A stretch of 64,000 bases of DNA. It comes from Eledone cirrhosa (taxonomy: Eukaryota). Position 1 is the first letter of the stretch; every line of letters begins with the position of its first letter. The translations under genes were made by a program, and so were the position numbers. The stretch covers positions 51,460,001-51,524,000 of the forward strand of contig OZ024740.1 in assembly GCA_964016885.1 (NCBI GenBank), given 5' to 3'. This document shows positions 1-12,790 of this stretch, in pieces. The notes under the pieces were generated by a model. It worked only from the letters and a program-made list of their open reading frames with translations, did no database searches and was not told the origin of the DNA.

Positions 1-2890
1 ATTTCTCTCCAGCCGTCGCATATCCTCTGCAGTTGCTGCCCATGTCTCACTACCATGCAGCATTGCGCTCCTCACACAGGCATCATACAACCAGCCTTTC
101 GTACGCAGGGAGAAACCCTTCTTCATCAGCAGAGGAAGCAGCTCCCTAAACTTCTTCCAACCCGTCCTTATTCTAGATACTATGGCCTCGGAACACCCTC
201 CTCCCATGCTAATCTGATCTTCTAGGTACCGGAAGCTATCCACCACTTCTATAGCGCCCTCCTGCATTTGAAAAATGTGTCTATCAATGCGACTTCTACT
301 GTCTAATTTCCCTGTACATCTACTGCATACGTATTTCTCCCTACCTGTTAGTTTGCCTGCTATTCCGCTACATCTCTTGTGTACCCAGGATTTTCATTGT
401 GTGCATTTTATAGAATTTATGCCAGTTCCTTTTCTGCATATCGAACATGGCCATTTCCCTGACGGGATCAGGGTTTTGTCCTCTTTTCTACTCATCAACA
501 CTTTTGTCTTAGCTAGGTTCACTCTCAGTCCTCTTGCTTCCAACTGCTGTTTCCATAGCCAGAATTTATTCTCTAGCTCCTCTACTGATTCTGCTATAAG
601 AACCAGATCGTCAACATAGAGAAGTTCCCATGGACAGCCAGTCTTAAACTCCTCTGTTATGGCTTGGAGGACTATAATGAAGAAGAGCGGGTCGAGGACC
701 GAACCTTGATGTACTCCTACTTGTATCTGGAATTCCTCACTAAACTCCATTCCTACCCTGACTTTACTGAGAGTACCTCTGTACAAAGTTTGCACTGTCC
801 TCACAAGCCATTCCTCAACACCTAGCTTCCTTAGGGACCACCAGATGACAGATTGGGATACCCTATCAAAGGCCTTCTCTAGGTCAACAAAGGCTAAGTA
901 TAGTGGCTTATTTTTCTCTAAGAACCTCTCTTGCAATTGTCTCACCAAGAAGAGGGTATCTGTTGTACTCTTCCCAGGCACAAAACCAAACTGCATCTCA
1001 TCTAGTTTGACCCTTTCTCTAATTAGTTGTGCTAATATCCTTTCTGCCACTTTCATAACCTGATCTATCAGTTTTATACCCCTATAATTGCTCCTCTCCA
1101 GAGCATCCCCTTTACCTTTGTAGCAATTTATGAGAATACTGCTGCACCAGTCTTTGGGTATGACACCACCATATATAGCCTGATTGATGATGCGTGCAAC
1201 CAGTTTAGTGCCTACGTCCCCTGATGCCTTCATCATCTCAGCAACTATTCCCGATGGTCCAGCAGCCTTACCATTTTTCATTTCCCTAATCGCCTCTTGG
1301 ACCCTATATTCGTCAATCTCAATAGCTGGTCCCTCTGTCGGATCTACTAAGGGTAATTTCTCTCTCTCCCATTCGTTCTCCACATTCATCAGTCTCTCAT
1401 AATGACATTTCCAGGCCTCCATTTTCTGATCATTCGTGACACTAAGTAGACCGGCATCATCCCAGACACATTTATCTCCAACAACATCCTGATTTGCATT
1501 GACACATTGCCTTGCAATGTGGAACACCGCACGCCTCTGATCTTCCCGTCGCAGAACATTGGCAAACCTCCTACTCTCCGCCTCCCTGCGTGCTAAGTAC
1601 ACCTGACGTCTAGCTTCTCTCTTAGTGGCTGTATATTCTTCCCTACTCCCACCCTTTTTCCAAGCCTTCCATGCTAGTCTCTAATGGCCTTATCTACTGT
1701 ACTGTTCCACCACCAGGTCGCTCTCTGTCTGGTTGGAGCTCTGCTCCAGCCACAAGTTTCATCAGTAGCCTGCAGCAAGTTGTCATGTAAGAAATTCCAG
1801 TTATTATCTATGTTATACGTCTCTAAATCGTCTTCTTTTTCGTCATATACATCTTGAAGGGCTTTCCTAAATTTGTATTTTAGTGAAAGGTCTTTTATCT
1901 TCCAGACCTTTCTTCTCCACACCTTCCTATATGTCTCATTCCATCTCTTGCTTACTGAGATATCACTAACGACTAACCTATGCTGAGGGGTACATTCTTC
2001 CCCAGGGTATGTCTTGGTATTAGACACTATCTGCCTGTCCCACTGCCTAACTAGTAAGAAGTCAATCTGGCTTATGTGCTCACCAGATTTGTAGGTTATT
2101 AGGTGATTGGCAGGGTTCTGGAAGTTTGTGTTGCAAATAGTCAATGTACCTGCATCACAAAATTCAAGAAGTCTCACTCCTTCTTCATTTCTTGAGCCGT
2201 AACCGTGCCCACCATGTACCCCAGTGTAACCATCCTGGAGCTGTCCAACATGACCATTGAAGTCTCCTGCTAGCATAACGATGTCTCCGTCCTCTGTCAT
2301 TGCGGTTGTTTGTAAAAGTTGCTCGTAAAAGCAGTCTTTCTCATCTTTGCCTAGGCCTGCTTGGGGAGCATAGGCCGAGATGATTGTCAGTAGTCTTCTG
2401 CCTACAACTAATCTAAGCTTAATTATTCGATTACTAACTCGAACTACCTCTATTGTCTTATTGATCCATTTCTCAGCCAGGAAAATGCCTACTCCTCCTA
2501 ACCCATCATCCTTACCTACCCAGAATAGCTTATAGCTAAGACGTTTGCCTACGACTAGTCTCGCAGAGGCACCTCTCCATCTCACCTCTTGCACGCAGCA
2601 CACATCCACCTGTCTTCTCTCCAGCATCTCCGCTATTTCAGCAGATCTACCTCTGAGAGTGCCAACATTAAGTGTTGCAACTCTGAGATGCGACATCTTC
2701 ATATTTTGTTGTTGTTCCTATTTGTTGCTGTGCTGATAAGCGTTTTGGCATTGATACACTGGTTGGATGCCCTTCCTAACATCAGCGCCACTTTACAGCA
2801 TGGACTGGGTGCTTTTATTTGTGCCACCAGCACTAGAGAGGATGTCTTACTAGACTCAAGGGCCCTCTCTACCCCTCCATTTTACAGCAT
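1..2890 (-). mobile_element. RTE-clade LINE, near full-length (5' UTR + APE endonuclease + RT + PHD-like finger), pseudogenised; 3' end lies outside the window
   Basis: ORF 1674-2702 has APE motifs (LRVATLNVGTL, CVQEVRW, AGDFNGHVG, QIDFLL, QHRLV). ORF 394-1602 has RT motifs (NYRGIKL, AFVDLEKAFDRV, GVHQGS, YVDD). Frameshift near 1680 and an in-frame TGA at 394. Reading continues to position 1 as MLHGSETW...RRLERN. Confidence 0.95.
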
Positions 2891-3369
2891 GATCATTAAA
2901 AAAAACAAAAAAAAAAACACTTATTGACACAACACACACACACTCACACACCAACACTCATGCATACAAACCACAAACACACACGCCACTCACATACCAA
3001 CACTCATTCATGCATACAAACACACACACCACTCACAAACACACACATATATATATATATATATTACCGGCAGTACTGATACAAAATCAAAATCATATAT
3101 ATATATATATATTTAGATAACACTGATAGTGAGTAAAATCAAAGTTGCAGCTACAGCTAGCATCTCTTGAAAAAACAATCCACAGAAGTTTGCATGAAGA
3201 CACAATAAGATGATATCGATAAATCGATAAGTTAAATTCTCAGAGTAATAAACATGTTAAAGGTGTGACAAATTGAAAACTGCGGCTAGGTAAAGAATGT
3301 CACAAAAGCCACTACAACAATGAAAATTCAAACAGGTTATGTGTGTGTATATATATATATATGTTCGCG

Positions 3370-4012
3370 TATATGTGTAATAGTAATATATGCAAACGGC
3401 AAAGTATAAACGAACTGAGAGAGAGACTGAACATAAGAGGAATCAAATGCTGTGTGCAGGAGAGGAGGATGTATTGGTATGGACATGTGATGCGTATGAA
3501 GGATGACAGCTGCATAAAAAGGTGCAGAGCACTAAAAGTTGATGGAAGCCGTGGAGTGGGGAGACCCAAAAAGACCTGGAACGAGGGGATAAAAGTGGAC
3601 CTTGCCCAATTACACCTCTCAACGGCGATGACACAGGACTGAGACCTCTGCCATCATGCAGTAGTACAGAAGACCCGACTTCCCACGGGAACAAGCCAAA
3701 GCCAAAGCATATAGGCAATATGCCCCCATCCCCTCCCACTGCAAAGTGGTTGTGGAGGTGTCATGACAAAAAAAGCACCCAGCCCACACTGTAAAGTGGA
3801 CGTGTAGGCGCCATGAAAAAAAAAGTACCCAGCACTCACTGTAAATGAGGTTGGTGTTAGGAAGGGCATCCAGCTGTAGAAATCAAGCCAAAATCAGTTC
3901 CCGTATGAGCAGGACAAGGTCAGCTGACCTAACATTGCCTACAACAGGACAACCCGTCTAACCTATGCTTGCATGGAAGAATCGACGTAAAACGGTGATG
4001 ATGATGATGATA
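3370..4012 (+). mobile_element. RTE LINE 3' fragment with 3' UTR and (GAT)n tail
   Basis: RMYWYGHVMRM...GRPKKTW C-terminal motif; 3' UTR motif gttaggaagggcatcc; tail gatgatgatgat. Confidence 0.9.
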
Positions 4013-5063
4013 TATAATTGGCAGTAGCAGTAAGACAGCATTTAATCATAATACCGGTGTATATAAAAATGCATGTAAACATATACAGTATGTTTATATA
4101 CAATAAACATATGGGGGAACCTATCAACAAAAATTATTTTTCCCAACGAAAAAATTTATTTTGCTCTATGTTCCTCTTTGAATTTTTCAGAGTTGCCAGT
4201 ACAGTTGAATACATCAGACAGTGGTGTTTCAAGATTTGTATTTGTTAATCTTTTATCAGTGACACTCACTCAAACCATACTGACATGGAAATAAATTAGT
4301 GTCTATATAGAATTTTGCATGTGAAAATTTGCTGGGGATTCTCATTTGCACATAGCAAATAGAAACCATCGGCTGGGTGTGTTAATTTGCATATAGTGTG
4401 AATTTGGCGGTTTATAGTTAATTGGCAGTAGCACTATTAACCATAATATATATATACATCAACTGGAGATCTCCTTTTACTCTATGGAGTTGGGAGATGT
4501 TGACTTATTTCAAGTTAGATATGTTTGGTGGTGGGGGTGGGGGTGGGTGATAATAGGTGGATGGGAAGGGAGTATGACAAGTATGGTGTCATGATGTATG
4601 ACAAATGTGGTAGGATTTAAGGGGTGAGAAAGTATGTCATGGGTGTATGATAATTGTGGTGGATTTGGTTAGGTGATATGAGAAAAAGGTGTGGTAAGTG
4701 ATGAGCTTGGATAGAGTGAAGTGATACAGTGATGATGAGAACAGATGCTAAAGGTGCTATGATTGGTGTGGGTGATTCTGGGTAGAGTGGGGAGTACAGT
4801 GATGGTGAGAATACCTAAGAAGTGACAGTAGAAGGAGAGGCGGTAGAGTTAGTGACAGTATGTAGAGGGAAGGGAGGGGGACAAGTATGATGTAATGAAT
4901 GTATAACAAGTGTGGTGGGATTTAAAGGGGTGATATGAGGGAGAGAAGTGGCGCAAAAGTATATAATAGTTGTATGACAATTGTGGCAGGATGCATGATA
5001 TACATACATACTTTATTATATACACCTTAATATTCATCTTAATTAACTACCATCTTGAGCACT

Positions 5064-5256
5064 AATAATTGTTTATACTTTTGGCACAAGGCCAGCAATT
5101 ATCCCAGTGCATCACTGGTGCTTAATTTTATTGACCCTGTAAGGATTAAAGGCAAAGTTAACCTTGGCGGGATTTGAACTCAGACCGTAAAGGGCCGTAA
5201 CTCTATGCTGCAAAGCAAGGCATCTGACACTCTACCGATACTGCCAATTCACCGCT
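5064..5256 (-). mobile_element. tRNA-derived SINE (family A) with ~15-bp TSD
   Basis: On the minus strand: A box tggcagtatcggt, B box gagttcaaatccc, body gcctttaatccttacagggtcaataaa. Direct repeat ttgagcactaataat on both sides. Confidence 0.9.
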
Positions 5257-5362
5257 TTGAGCACTAATAATATGCAAACTAGTACATCCATTTCAGGATA
5301 ATACTATAAGTGTTAGGATATATAAGCTCCTCAATTACATGTGTCATGGTTGTTTAAACGAT

Positions 5363-5415
5363 ATACATGCTTTCTGATGAAAGTTCAACTATGCTTGAAA
5401 ACCAGTTAAATGTAT
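5363..5415 (+). ncRNA. Type I hammerhead ribozyme motif (minimal)
   Basis: CTGATGA (5374) - aagt/gctt stem II - GAAA (5397) - ac ca gt stem III - TA; stem I atacat..tt / aatgtat. Confidence 0.55.
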
Positions 5416-5540
5416 TTTTCAATTTTTCATGTATACATATCTACACACTCAATGTGTAAATTTATATTCACATTTACAGAGTCTCAGTTACCTCTATTCT
5501 GTGTATATATAGATAAAAATTTATCATATGTATATATACA

Positions 5541-7801
5541 TATTCTACAACGCGATGACCAAAAACGTGAGGTGTTCAGGATTGCTAGGCAATGCGTCAA
5601 GGAAAACCGTGATATTGTCGGGGAGAAGTGTGTACTAAACGACGATGGCACACTTGCCATCACCAATGCTGATAAGAAGGTAGCTTGGAAGTGTCACTAT
5701 GAAAGGCTACTAAATGAGGAGAATAAATGGGAGAAAGACAGTCTCCCCCATATCGACCCAATAGAGGGACCAGCAGTGTTAGTCGAGGGGAGTATAATAA
5801 GTAAGGCAATCAAGGATATGAAGACGGGTAAGGCGGCTGGGCCTTCGGAAATAGTTGCTGAGATGCTGAAGGCATCTGGCACGGTGGCACACACCATGGT
5901 CACCCGCATAGTTAACCAAGTCGTACAGAATGGGGTTGTTCCGAAGGACTGGAATAGCAGCATCATCGTTAACTGTTATAAGGGTAAAGGAGACGCCCTA
6001 GATAGGAGTAACTATAGAGGCATTAAATTAATCGACCAGGTCATGAAGGTCACGGAAAAAGTAATAGCGCAACTAATCAGAGAGAGAATTGACCTAGATG
6101 AAATGCAGTTCGGGTTTGTGTCAGGCAAAAGTACCACAGACGCTCTTTTCATAGTACGACAACTACAGGAGAAGTACCTAGCTAAAGGTAAACCCCTCTA
6201 CTTAGCTTTTGTCGACTTGGAGAAAGCCTTCGACAGAGTCCCCCGCTCCATTATCTGGTGGGCTCTTAGAAAACTAGGCGTTGACGAATGGCTTGTGAGG
6301 GCTATACAAGCCATGTATAAAGAAACAGTCAGCAAGGTTAGAATTAACAACGAATATAGTGAAGAGTTTAGCGTAAAAGTTGGCGTCCATCAGGGCTCTG
6401 TTCTCAGCCCCCTACTATTTATTATTGCCCTTCAGGCTATAACAGAGGAGTTCAAGACAGGCTGCCCATGGGAACTCCTATACGCAGACGACCTGACACT
6501 CATAGCGGAATCAATGGCCGAGCTAGAGAAGAAATTCCAAACATGGAAGCACGGCCTAGAGTCAAAAGGACTTAAAATTAACCTGGCTAAGACCAAAGTT
6601 CTAGTTTGTAGGAAAGAAAACAAGGCGGCGATCCCTTCTGGGAAATGGTCGTGCTCGGTGTGTAGGAAAGGCGTAGGTAGAAACTCCATTTTATGTCCTA
6701 AATGCAAAGTATGGGTGCATAAAAGATGTAGTGGGATCACAGGTAAGCTAACTAAGAACATAGATTTTACATGTGGCCGGTGTTCTGGTGCAATAAGTAG
6801 CAGCAAGTGCCCACAAAATACTAGCTCTTTCAATTGCGCAGAGGGTTCTATAGAAATAGTGGACAGCTTCCGTTACCTGGGCGATAAAATCAGCAGTGGG
6901 GGAGGGTGCTCTGAAATTACTGTAGCTAGAGTCAGAACTGGTTGGAAAAAGTTCAGAGAGCTTATACCACTATTAGCTGCTAAAGGGTTCTCCCTAAAAA
7001 TGAAAGGCAGGTTGTACGATGCCTGCATACGAACAGCAATGCTGCATGGCAGTGAGACCTGGGCATTGTGTGCAGAGGATATACGCAGACTAGAGAGGAA
7101 CGAAGCTTGCATGCTCCGCTGGATGTGTAACAGTAATATACGTGAACAGCAAAGCATAAACGAACTAAGGAAAAAATTAGAGATAAGAGGGATCAGATGT
7201 TGTTTACTCGAGAGAAGGCTACGTTGGTATGGACACGTGATGCTCATGAAAGTCGATAGCTGTATAACAAAGTGCAGGGCAATAAAGATAGACGGTAGTC
7301 ACGGAATAGGCAGACCTAGAAAAACCTGGGACGAGCTGATAAACTCCGACATCACACACTTACACCTCTCCAAGACAATGTCACTGGACCGAGACCTTTG
7401 GCGGTACTCAGTAACAGAGAAGACCCGCCTTGCCAGTAGACATCTCTAACAAAATACACCCCGTCCCGCCACCACTCCCACCCCATCCACACCACCCCGT
7501 TCTATGTAAAGTTATGTTGGTGCCGCGCCATCGAGGCCGAAACAAATGAGATCGTGTAGGTGTCACGACAAAAAAACACACAGTCCACGCTGTAATGTGG
7601 CCGTGTAGGCAACACGGTAAAAACCTCCCAGACCCACACTGTAAATGTGGTTGGTGTTAGGAAGGGCATCCAACTGTAGAAAACCTGCCAGACAGTCCTA
7701 TGCGAGCAAGACAATCACTCTTGCCTCAAGTGGGACTACCCCCGTCCAAACCCATGCAAGCGTGGAACACGGACGTTAAACGTTGATGATGATGATGATG
7801 A
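5541..7801 (+). mobile_element. 5'-truncated RTE LINE with uninterrupted RT-PHD-C-terminal frame and (GAT)n tail
   Basis: ORF 5410-7449; the first ~45 aa are flanking read-through. YADD, C4HC3 finger, RLRWYGHV, GRPRKTW motifs; tail ends ~7801. Confidence 0.95.
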
Positions 7802-8353
7802 TATATTGTGAATTTGAAAGAAACATCAGTGTTGTTTGACTATGAAAAATAAATAGTCTTAAATGATCGAGATGAAGCGAGTGTGTATTTGAATACATAT
7901 AAAAATGAGAAAGCTCATCGCTAGAACAGCCATTAAAACAGTAAAATGCTGTCAAAGACAGTGATGGGCAAAAATACCTCAGAGGACAGAGACCAGCAGC
8001 CAGTGTTCAACAGCGAAACAATCCACAAGGTGGGCGATAGGCAGACAAAACACAGAAAAGATTGAAAATGGAGGTGGACAAAGAGAAGTGCGCTGGCTCA
8101 CAGAAGTGACTAGAAGAAGGAAACAAAGAAAGGCGATGTACACTTCTTAAGGTTTCAAAGCTTGGCCCTGTGTTGGCCACAAATTTAACTTATGGCTTAC
8201 TCAATGATTTGCTTCTCTTCAAGTAAGGAAATAAGATGGCTGAGAGAAGCACATCCCTGAGCAGATCGTAAGTTAAATCTGTGGACAATATAGAGGTAAG
8301 CTATGAAACCTTATGTAGCAAGAAACTGTTAAGTAACATGAATAATATTTCAG

Positions 8354-8355
<2 letters not shown>

Positions 8356-8419
<64 letters not shown>
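8356..8419. repeat. (CA)n microsatellite
   Basis: Directly visible. Confidence 0.95.
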
Positions 8420-8422
<3 letters not shown>

Positions 8423-8699
8423 GGATGTATTTTCAAATTATTAACTACGTAAAACTTTTTTATTTTATTTAAAAATTACTCGTTGGAATTCAACAACATT
8501 TCCACAGAATGATGGCAACAGTTATATGAGCAAGGTGTGTTAAAAAATAGGAGGTTTTGTGCAAGTGTAAACAAATCACACTTTGCCTGATTTCCACAAA
8601 CTTTCAGTGGTCCAAATTATTAATGAGTGGCCTGATAATCGTGTAATTATGGCTCATAAATTTGACTTCTGAACTTGTAAAAGGTAAATAAACATTAGA

Positions 8700-9746
8700 A
8701 ATATCTAAAATAAATGGAAGATATCACCAAACTGTGAAAAAAACTGTTACAGCTCCTATGAAGATATGTAAGAGGGCTGACAATGGTTAGTCGAAGGCTG
8801 TTTCTCAACATTTTCTGTCATGAATCAAGCGTGGAGAACTTTTTAAGTGCATTGGCCAAAGCACTGTGTCCTGAACTACCCGATGTTGTCTACTGAAAAA
8901 GGTTGGTAAACCATTGACATCAGTTAAAAGGCCTTCTTTAAACAAAATACACATACACAATTGTCTGAAATGAGCAGAAGATAACATGAAGGTCGACTTT
9001 TTAAAGATTTTGTTTATGGACGAAACTCGTGCTACCCTCGATGGACCTAATGGTTGGAGCAAGGGATGGGTTGTAAATGGACAAGATCATCATCAACGCT
9101 TGAGACACCAACAAAGAGGAGGCATCATGATTTGGGCAGGTGTTATTGGAGGTAATATGGTTGGTCCTTGGAAAGTTTTTGATGGTGTTAAAATGACTGC
9201 AGATGATTATATAGCCTTTCTGAGGGAGCACCTTGAACCTTGGTTAAAAAAGCAAAGGATCACCTTCAAGACAACCAAAATATTCATATAAGATAATTGT
9301 TTTTACTTTTAGCACAAGGCCAGCAATTACCCCAGTGCATAACTGGCGCTTTATTTTATCGACCCCGTAAGAATTAAAGGCAAAGTTAACCACAGGACGA
9401 TTTGAAGTCAGAAGGCAAAGGGCCATAACTCTATGCTGCAACACATCGTGTCTGACATGCCCTCACACTCAGCAAAGAAGTATCTGCAACAATTAGGCAT
9501 CTGTGGACCTCAGAAGATGAAGTAGACTTCCTGTTCCCCCAACTCAGACCCAATAGAAAACTTGTGAAGTATTCAAAGCAACGAGTTTACAAAAATGGAT
9601 GCCAATTTGGGAGCAAGGATGAACTGTGGCAGGCAATAATGGATGTATCTTATGGTATATCAGAGGAAAGCCAGAAATGAACATGTTCCATGGACCAGTG
9701 CCTTTTCCAACTTATTTCAAACAAAGGCTCATATATCCCATACTAA
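8700..9746 (+). pseudogene. Tc1-family DDE transposase pseudogene
   Basis: ORF 8986-9291 plus downstream frames with stops; a SINE is inserted at the second catalytic Asp (DN^APSH). Confidence 0.85.
9292..9456 (-). mobile_element. SINE family A, 5'-truncated, inserted in the transposase
   Basis: gcacaaggccagcaatt...ttatcgaccccgtaag...gatttgaagtcaga matches the other family A copies. Confidence 0.85.
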
Positions 9747-11985
9747 CCAGCTCATCTATCCCTTACTAACCAGCTCATCTATCCCCTACTAACCAGCTCA
9801 TATATCCCCTACTAACCAGCTCATATACCCATACTAACCAGCTCATATATCCCATACTAACCAGCTCATCTATCCCTTACTAACCAGCTCATATATCCCC
9901 TACTAACCAGCTCATATATCCCCTACTAACCAGCTCATATATCCCCTACTAACCAGCTCATATACCCATACTAACCAGCTCATATATCCCATACTAACCA
10001 GCTCATCTATCCCTTACTAACCAGCTCATATATCCCCTACTAACCAGCTCATATATCCCCTACTAACCAGCTCGCCTACACCCTACTAACCAGTTCATCT
10101 ATCCCCTACTAACCAGCCCATTTATCCCCTACTAACCAGCTCATATATCCCCTACTAACCAACTCATCTATCCCCTACTAACCAGCTCATATATCCTCTA
10201 CTAACCAGCTCATATATCCCCTACTAACTAGCTCATATATCCCCTACTAACCAGCTCATATATCCCCTACTAACCAGCTCACCTACACCCTACTAACCAG
10301 CTCATCTATCCCTACTAACCAGCTCATATACCCCATACTAACCAGCTCATATACCCCATACTAACCAGCTCATCTATCCCCTACTAACCAGCTCATATAT
10401 CCCCTACTAACCAGCTCATATATCCCCTACTAACCAGCTCATATATCCCCTACTAACCAACTCATCTATCCCCTACTAACCAGCTCATATATCCCCTACT
10501 AACCAGCTCGCCTACACCCTACTAACCAGTTCATCTATCCCCTACTAACCAGCCCATTTATCCCCTACTAACCAGCTCATATATCCCCTACTAACCAACT
10601 CATCTATCCCCTACTAACCAGCTCATATATCCCCTACTAACCAGCTCATATATTCCCTACTAACCAGCTCACCTACACCCTACTAACCAGCTCATATATC
10701 CTCTACTAACCAGCTCATCTATCCCTTACTAACTAGCTCATATATCCCCTACTAACCAGCTCATATATCCCCTACTAACCAGCTCACCTACACCCTACTA
10801 ACCAGCTCATCTATCCCTACTAACCAGCTCATATACCCCATACTAACCAGCTCATATACCCCATACTAACCAGCTCATCTATCCTCTGCTAACCAGCTGA
10901 TATATCCCCTACTAACCAGCTCATATATCCCCTACTAACCAGCTCATATATCCCCTACTAACCAGGTCATCTATCCCCTACTAACCAGCTCGTCTACACC
11001 CTACTAACCAGCTCATCTATCCCTACTAACCAGCTCATATACCCCATACTAACCAGCTCATATACCCCATACTAACCAGCTCATCTATCCCCTACTAACC
11101 AGCTCATATATCCCCTACTAACCAGCTCATCTATCCCCTACTAACCAGCTCATATATCCCCCCTACTAACCAGCTCATATACCCCTTACTAACCAGCTCA
11201 TATATCCCCTACTAACCAGCTCATATATCCCTTACTAACCAGCTCATATACCCCTTACTAACCAGTTCATCTATCCCCTACTAACCAGCTCATCTAGCCC
11301 CTACTAACCAGCTCATATACCCCCTACTAACCAGCTCATATATCTCTTACTAACAAGCTCATCTATCCCCTACTAACCAGCTCATATATCCCCCCTACTA
11401 ACCAGCTCATATACCCCTTACTAACCAGCTCATATATCCCCTACTAACCAGCTCATATATCCCTACTAACCAGTTCATATACCCCCTACTAACCAGCTCG
11501 TCTATCCCCTACTAACCAGCTCATCTATCCCCTACTAACCAGCTAAAATATCCCTACTAACCAGCTCATATACACCCTACTAACCAGCTCATCTATCCCC
11601 TACTAACCAGCTCATATATCCCCTACTAACCAGCTCATCTAATCCTCTACTAACCAGCTCATCTATCCCCTACTAACCAGCTCATATATCCCTACTAACC
11701 AGCTCATATACCCCCTACTAACCAGCTCATATATCCCCCTACTAACCAGCTCATCTATCCCCTACTAACCAGCTCATCTATCCCCTACTAACCAGCTCAT
11801 ATATCCCCTACTAACCAGCTCATCTAATCCCCTGCTAACCACCTCATCTATCCCTGCTAACCACCTCATCTATCCCTACTAACTAACTCATATATCCTCT
11901 ACTAACCAGCTCATCTACCCCCTACTAACCAGCTCATCTATCCCCTACTAACCATCTCATAAATCCCCTACTAACCAGCTATTCT
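9727..11985 (+). repeat. Minisatellite, ~23-bp unit GCTCATATATCCCCTACTAACCA, roughly 98 copies
   Basis: Directly visible tandem array with variants (ctcatctatcc, ctcacctacacc); copy number estimated as length/23. Confidence 0.98.
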
Positions 11986-12264
11986 ATCCTTTTTTAATGT
12001 TATTTATTTGTTTATTTCTATTTCTTCCATGTTTACGACTGTATGTGTTCACTTCAGTACATCAAACAATTAAATTGATATTTTCTTGTTTACATAAGTT
12101 TTAATTACACCTCACTAATAATTTGAAACAGTGAAACTTTATGTAAATTTGGTAAATGGCCGTTCTTTCTGCGTTGTTTCATGGAACCTCACTTTTTTTA
12201 CACACCACGTACATATAACTTGCCATCATTGTGAATTCCAGCAAGTAGTTTTTAAATACAATAA

Positions 12265-12590
12265 AAAAAGGTCTTTCTTGGTCTACCTCTACTGTGGCTT
12301 CCTTCCACTGGTATTTCCTGGCATTTCTTCACCCACCGATCATCGTCCATGTGCATCACATGTCCATACCACCATAATCTTCTCTCCTGCACACCACTTG
12401 AATTCCTCTTAAACCCAGCTTCTCCCTCAACTCGTCCAAGCCTTTTTCTCACACTTACATTGCACATCCAATGAAGCATCGTTGCTTCATTTCTCTCCAG
12501 TCAATGCATGTCCTCTGCAGTCACAGCCCATGTCTTACTACCATGCAGCATCACACTTTGCACACAGCCGTCATACAGTCGTTCTTTTGT
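12265..12590 (-). mobile_element. RTE LINE C-terminal fragment
   Basis: ERRLWWYGHVMHM...RGRPRKT. Confidence 0.85.
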
Positions 12591-12714
12591 ACATCCCTGA
12601 ATTTGCTGTTACAATAATACCAAATTGGTAAGTCACCCCCAGACCAAATCTATTCTCTATTCTCTGTTTGTGTTCGCTGTAATCCTGTTATCTTATATAA
12701 CTAATTCTGCTATC

Positions 12715-12790
12715 AACACCTGATGAAATCGCCTAAGTCTTGCATCATAATCAGATGATGAAACTGGGCTATTGAAATATGTATAGTGTT
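12715..12790 (+). ncRNA. Type I hammerhead ribozyme motif with long stem II
   Basis: aacac-CTGATGA-aatcgcctaagt..catcat/atgatg..actgggctatt-GAAA-tatgta-TA-gtgtt; stem I aacac/gtgtt is perfect. Confidence 0.75.

Larger units (their letters stand above)
8425..12258 (+). mobile_element. Degenerate Tc1-family DNA transposon (TRT/DD37E-like motifs) with long imperfect TIRs; contains a SINE and a minisatellite
   Basis: Transposase motifs LFMDETRATLDGPNGW, QQRGGIMIWAG, *DN[SINE]PSHSAKK, SPNSDPIENL*, ending ISNKGSYIPY* at 9746. Segment ~8470-8626 (tggaattc..aatgatggcaa..ggtgtgt..tttcagtggtccaaattattaatgag) matches the reverse complement of ~12110-12255. Confidence 0.85.

Noticed and set aside
3165-3300. 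Possible UUGAAAA...GAAA hammerhead
   Set aside because: Stems I and III could not be paired convincingly.
4190-4248. Possible exon after ttttcag
   Set aside because: Short frame, no recognisable protein and no convincing donor.
5410-5540. N-terminal extension of the 679-aa ORF as a host-TE fusion protein
   Set aside because: AT-rich flank that happens to be in frame with a 5'-truncated RTE; the twin copy has a different chance extension.
9727-11985. CRISPR array or telomeric repeat
   Set aside because: Units are contiguous with no unique spacers or cas genes. cccctactaacc only superficially resembles CCCTAA, and the unit traces to the transposase 3' end.
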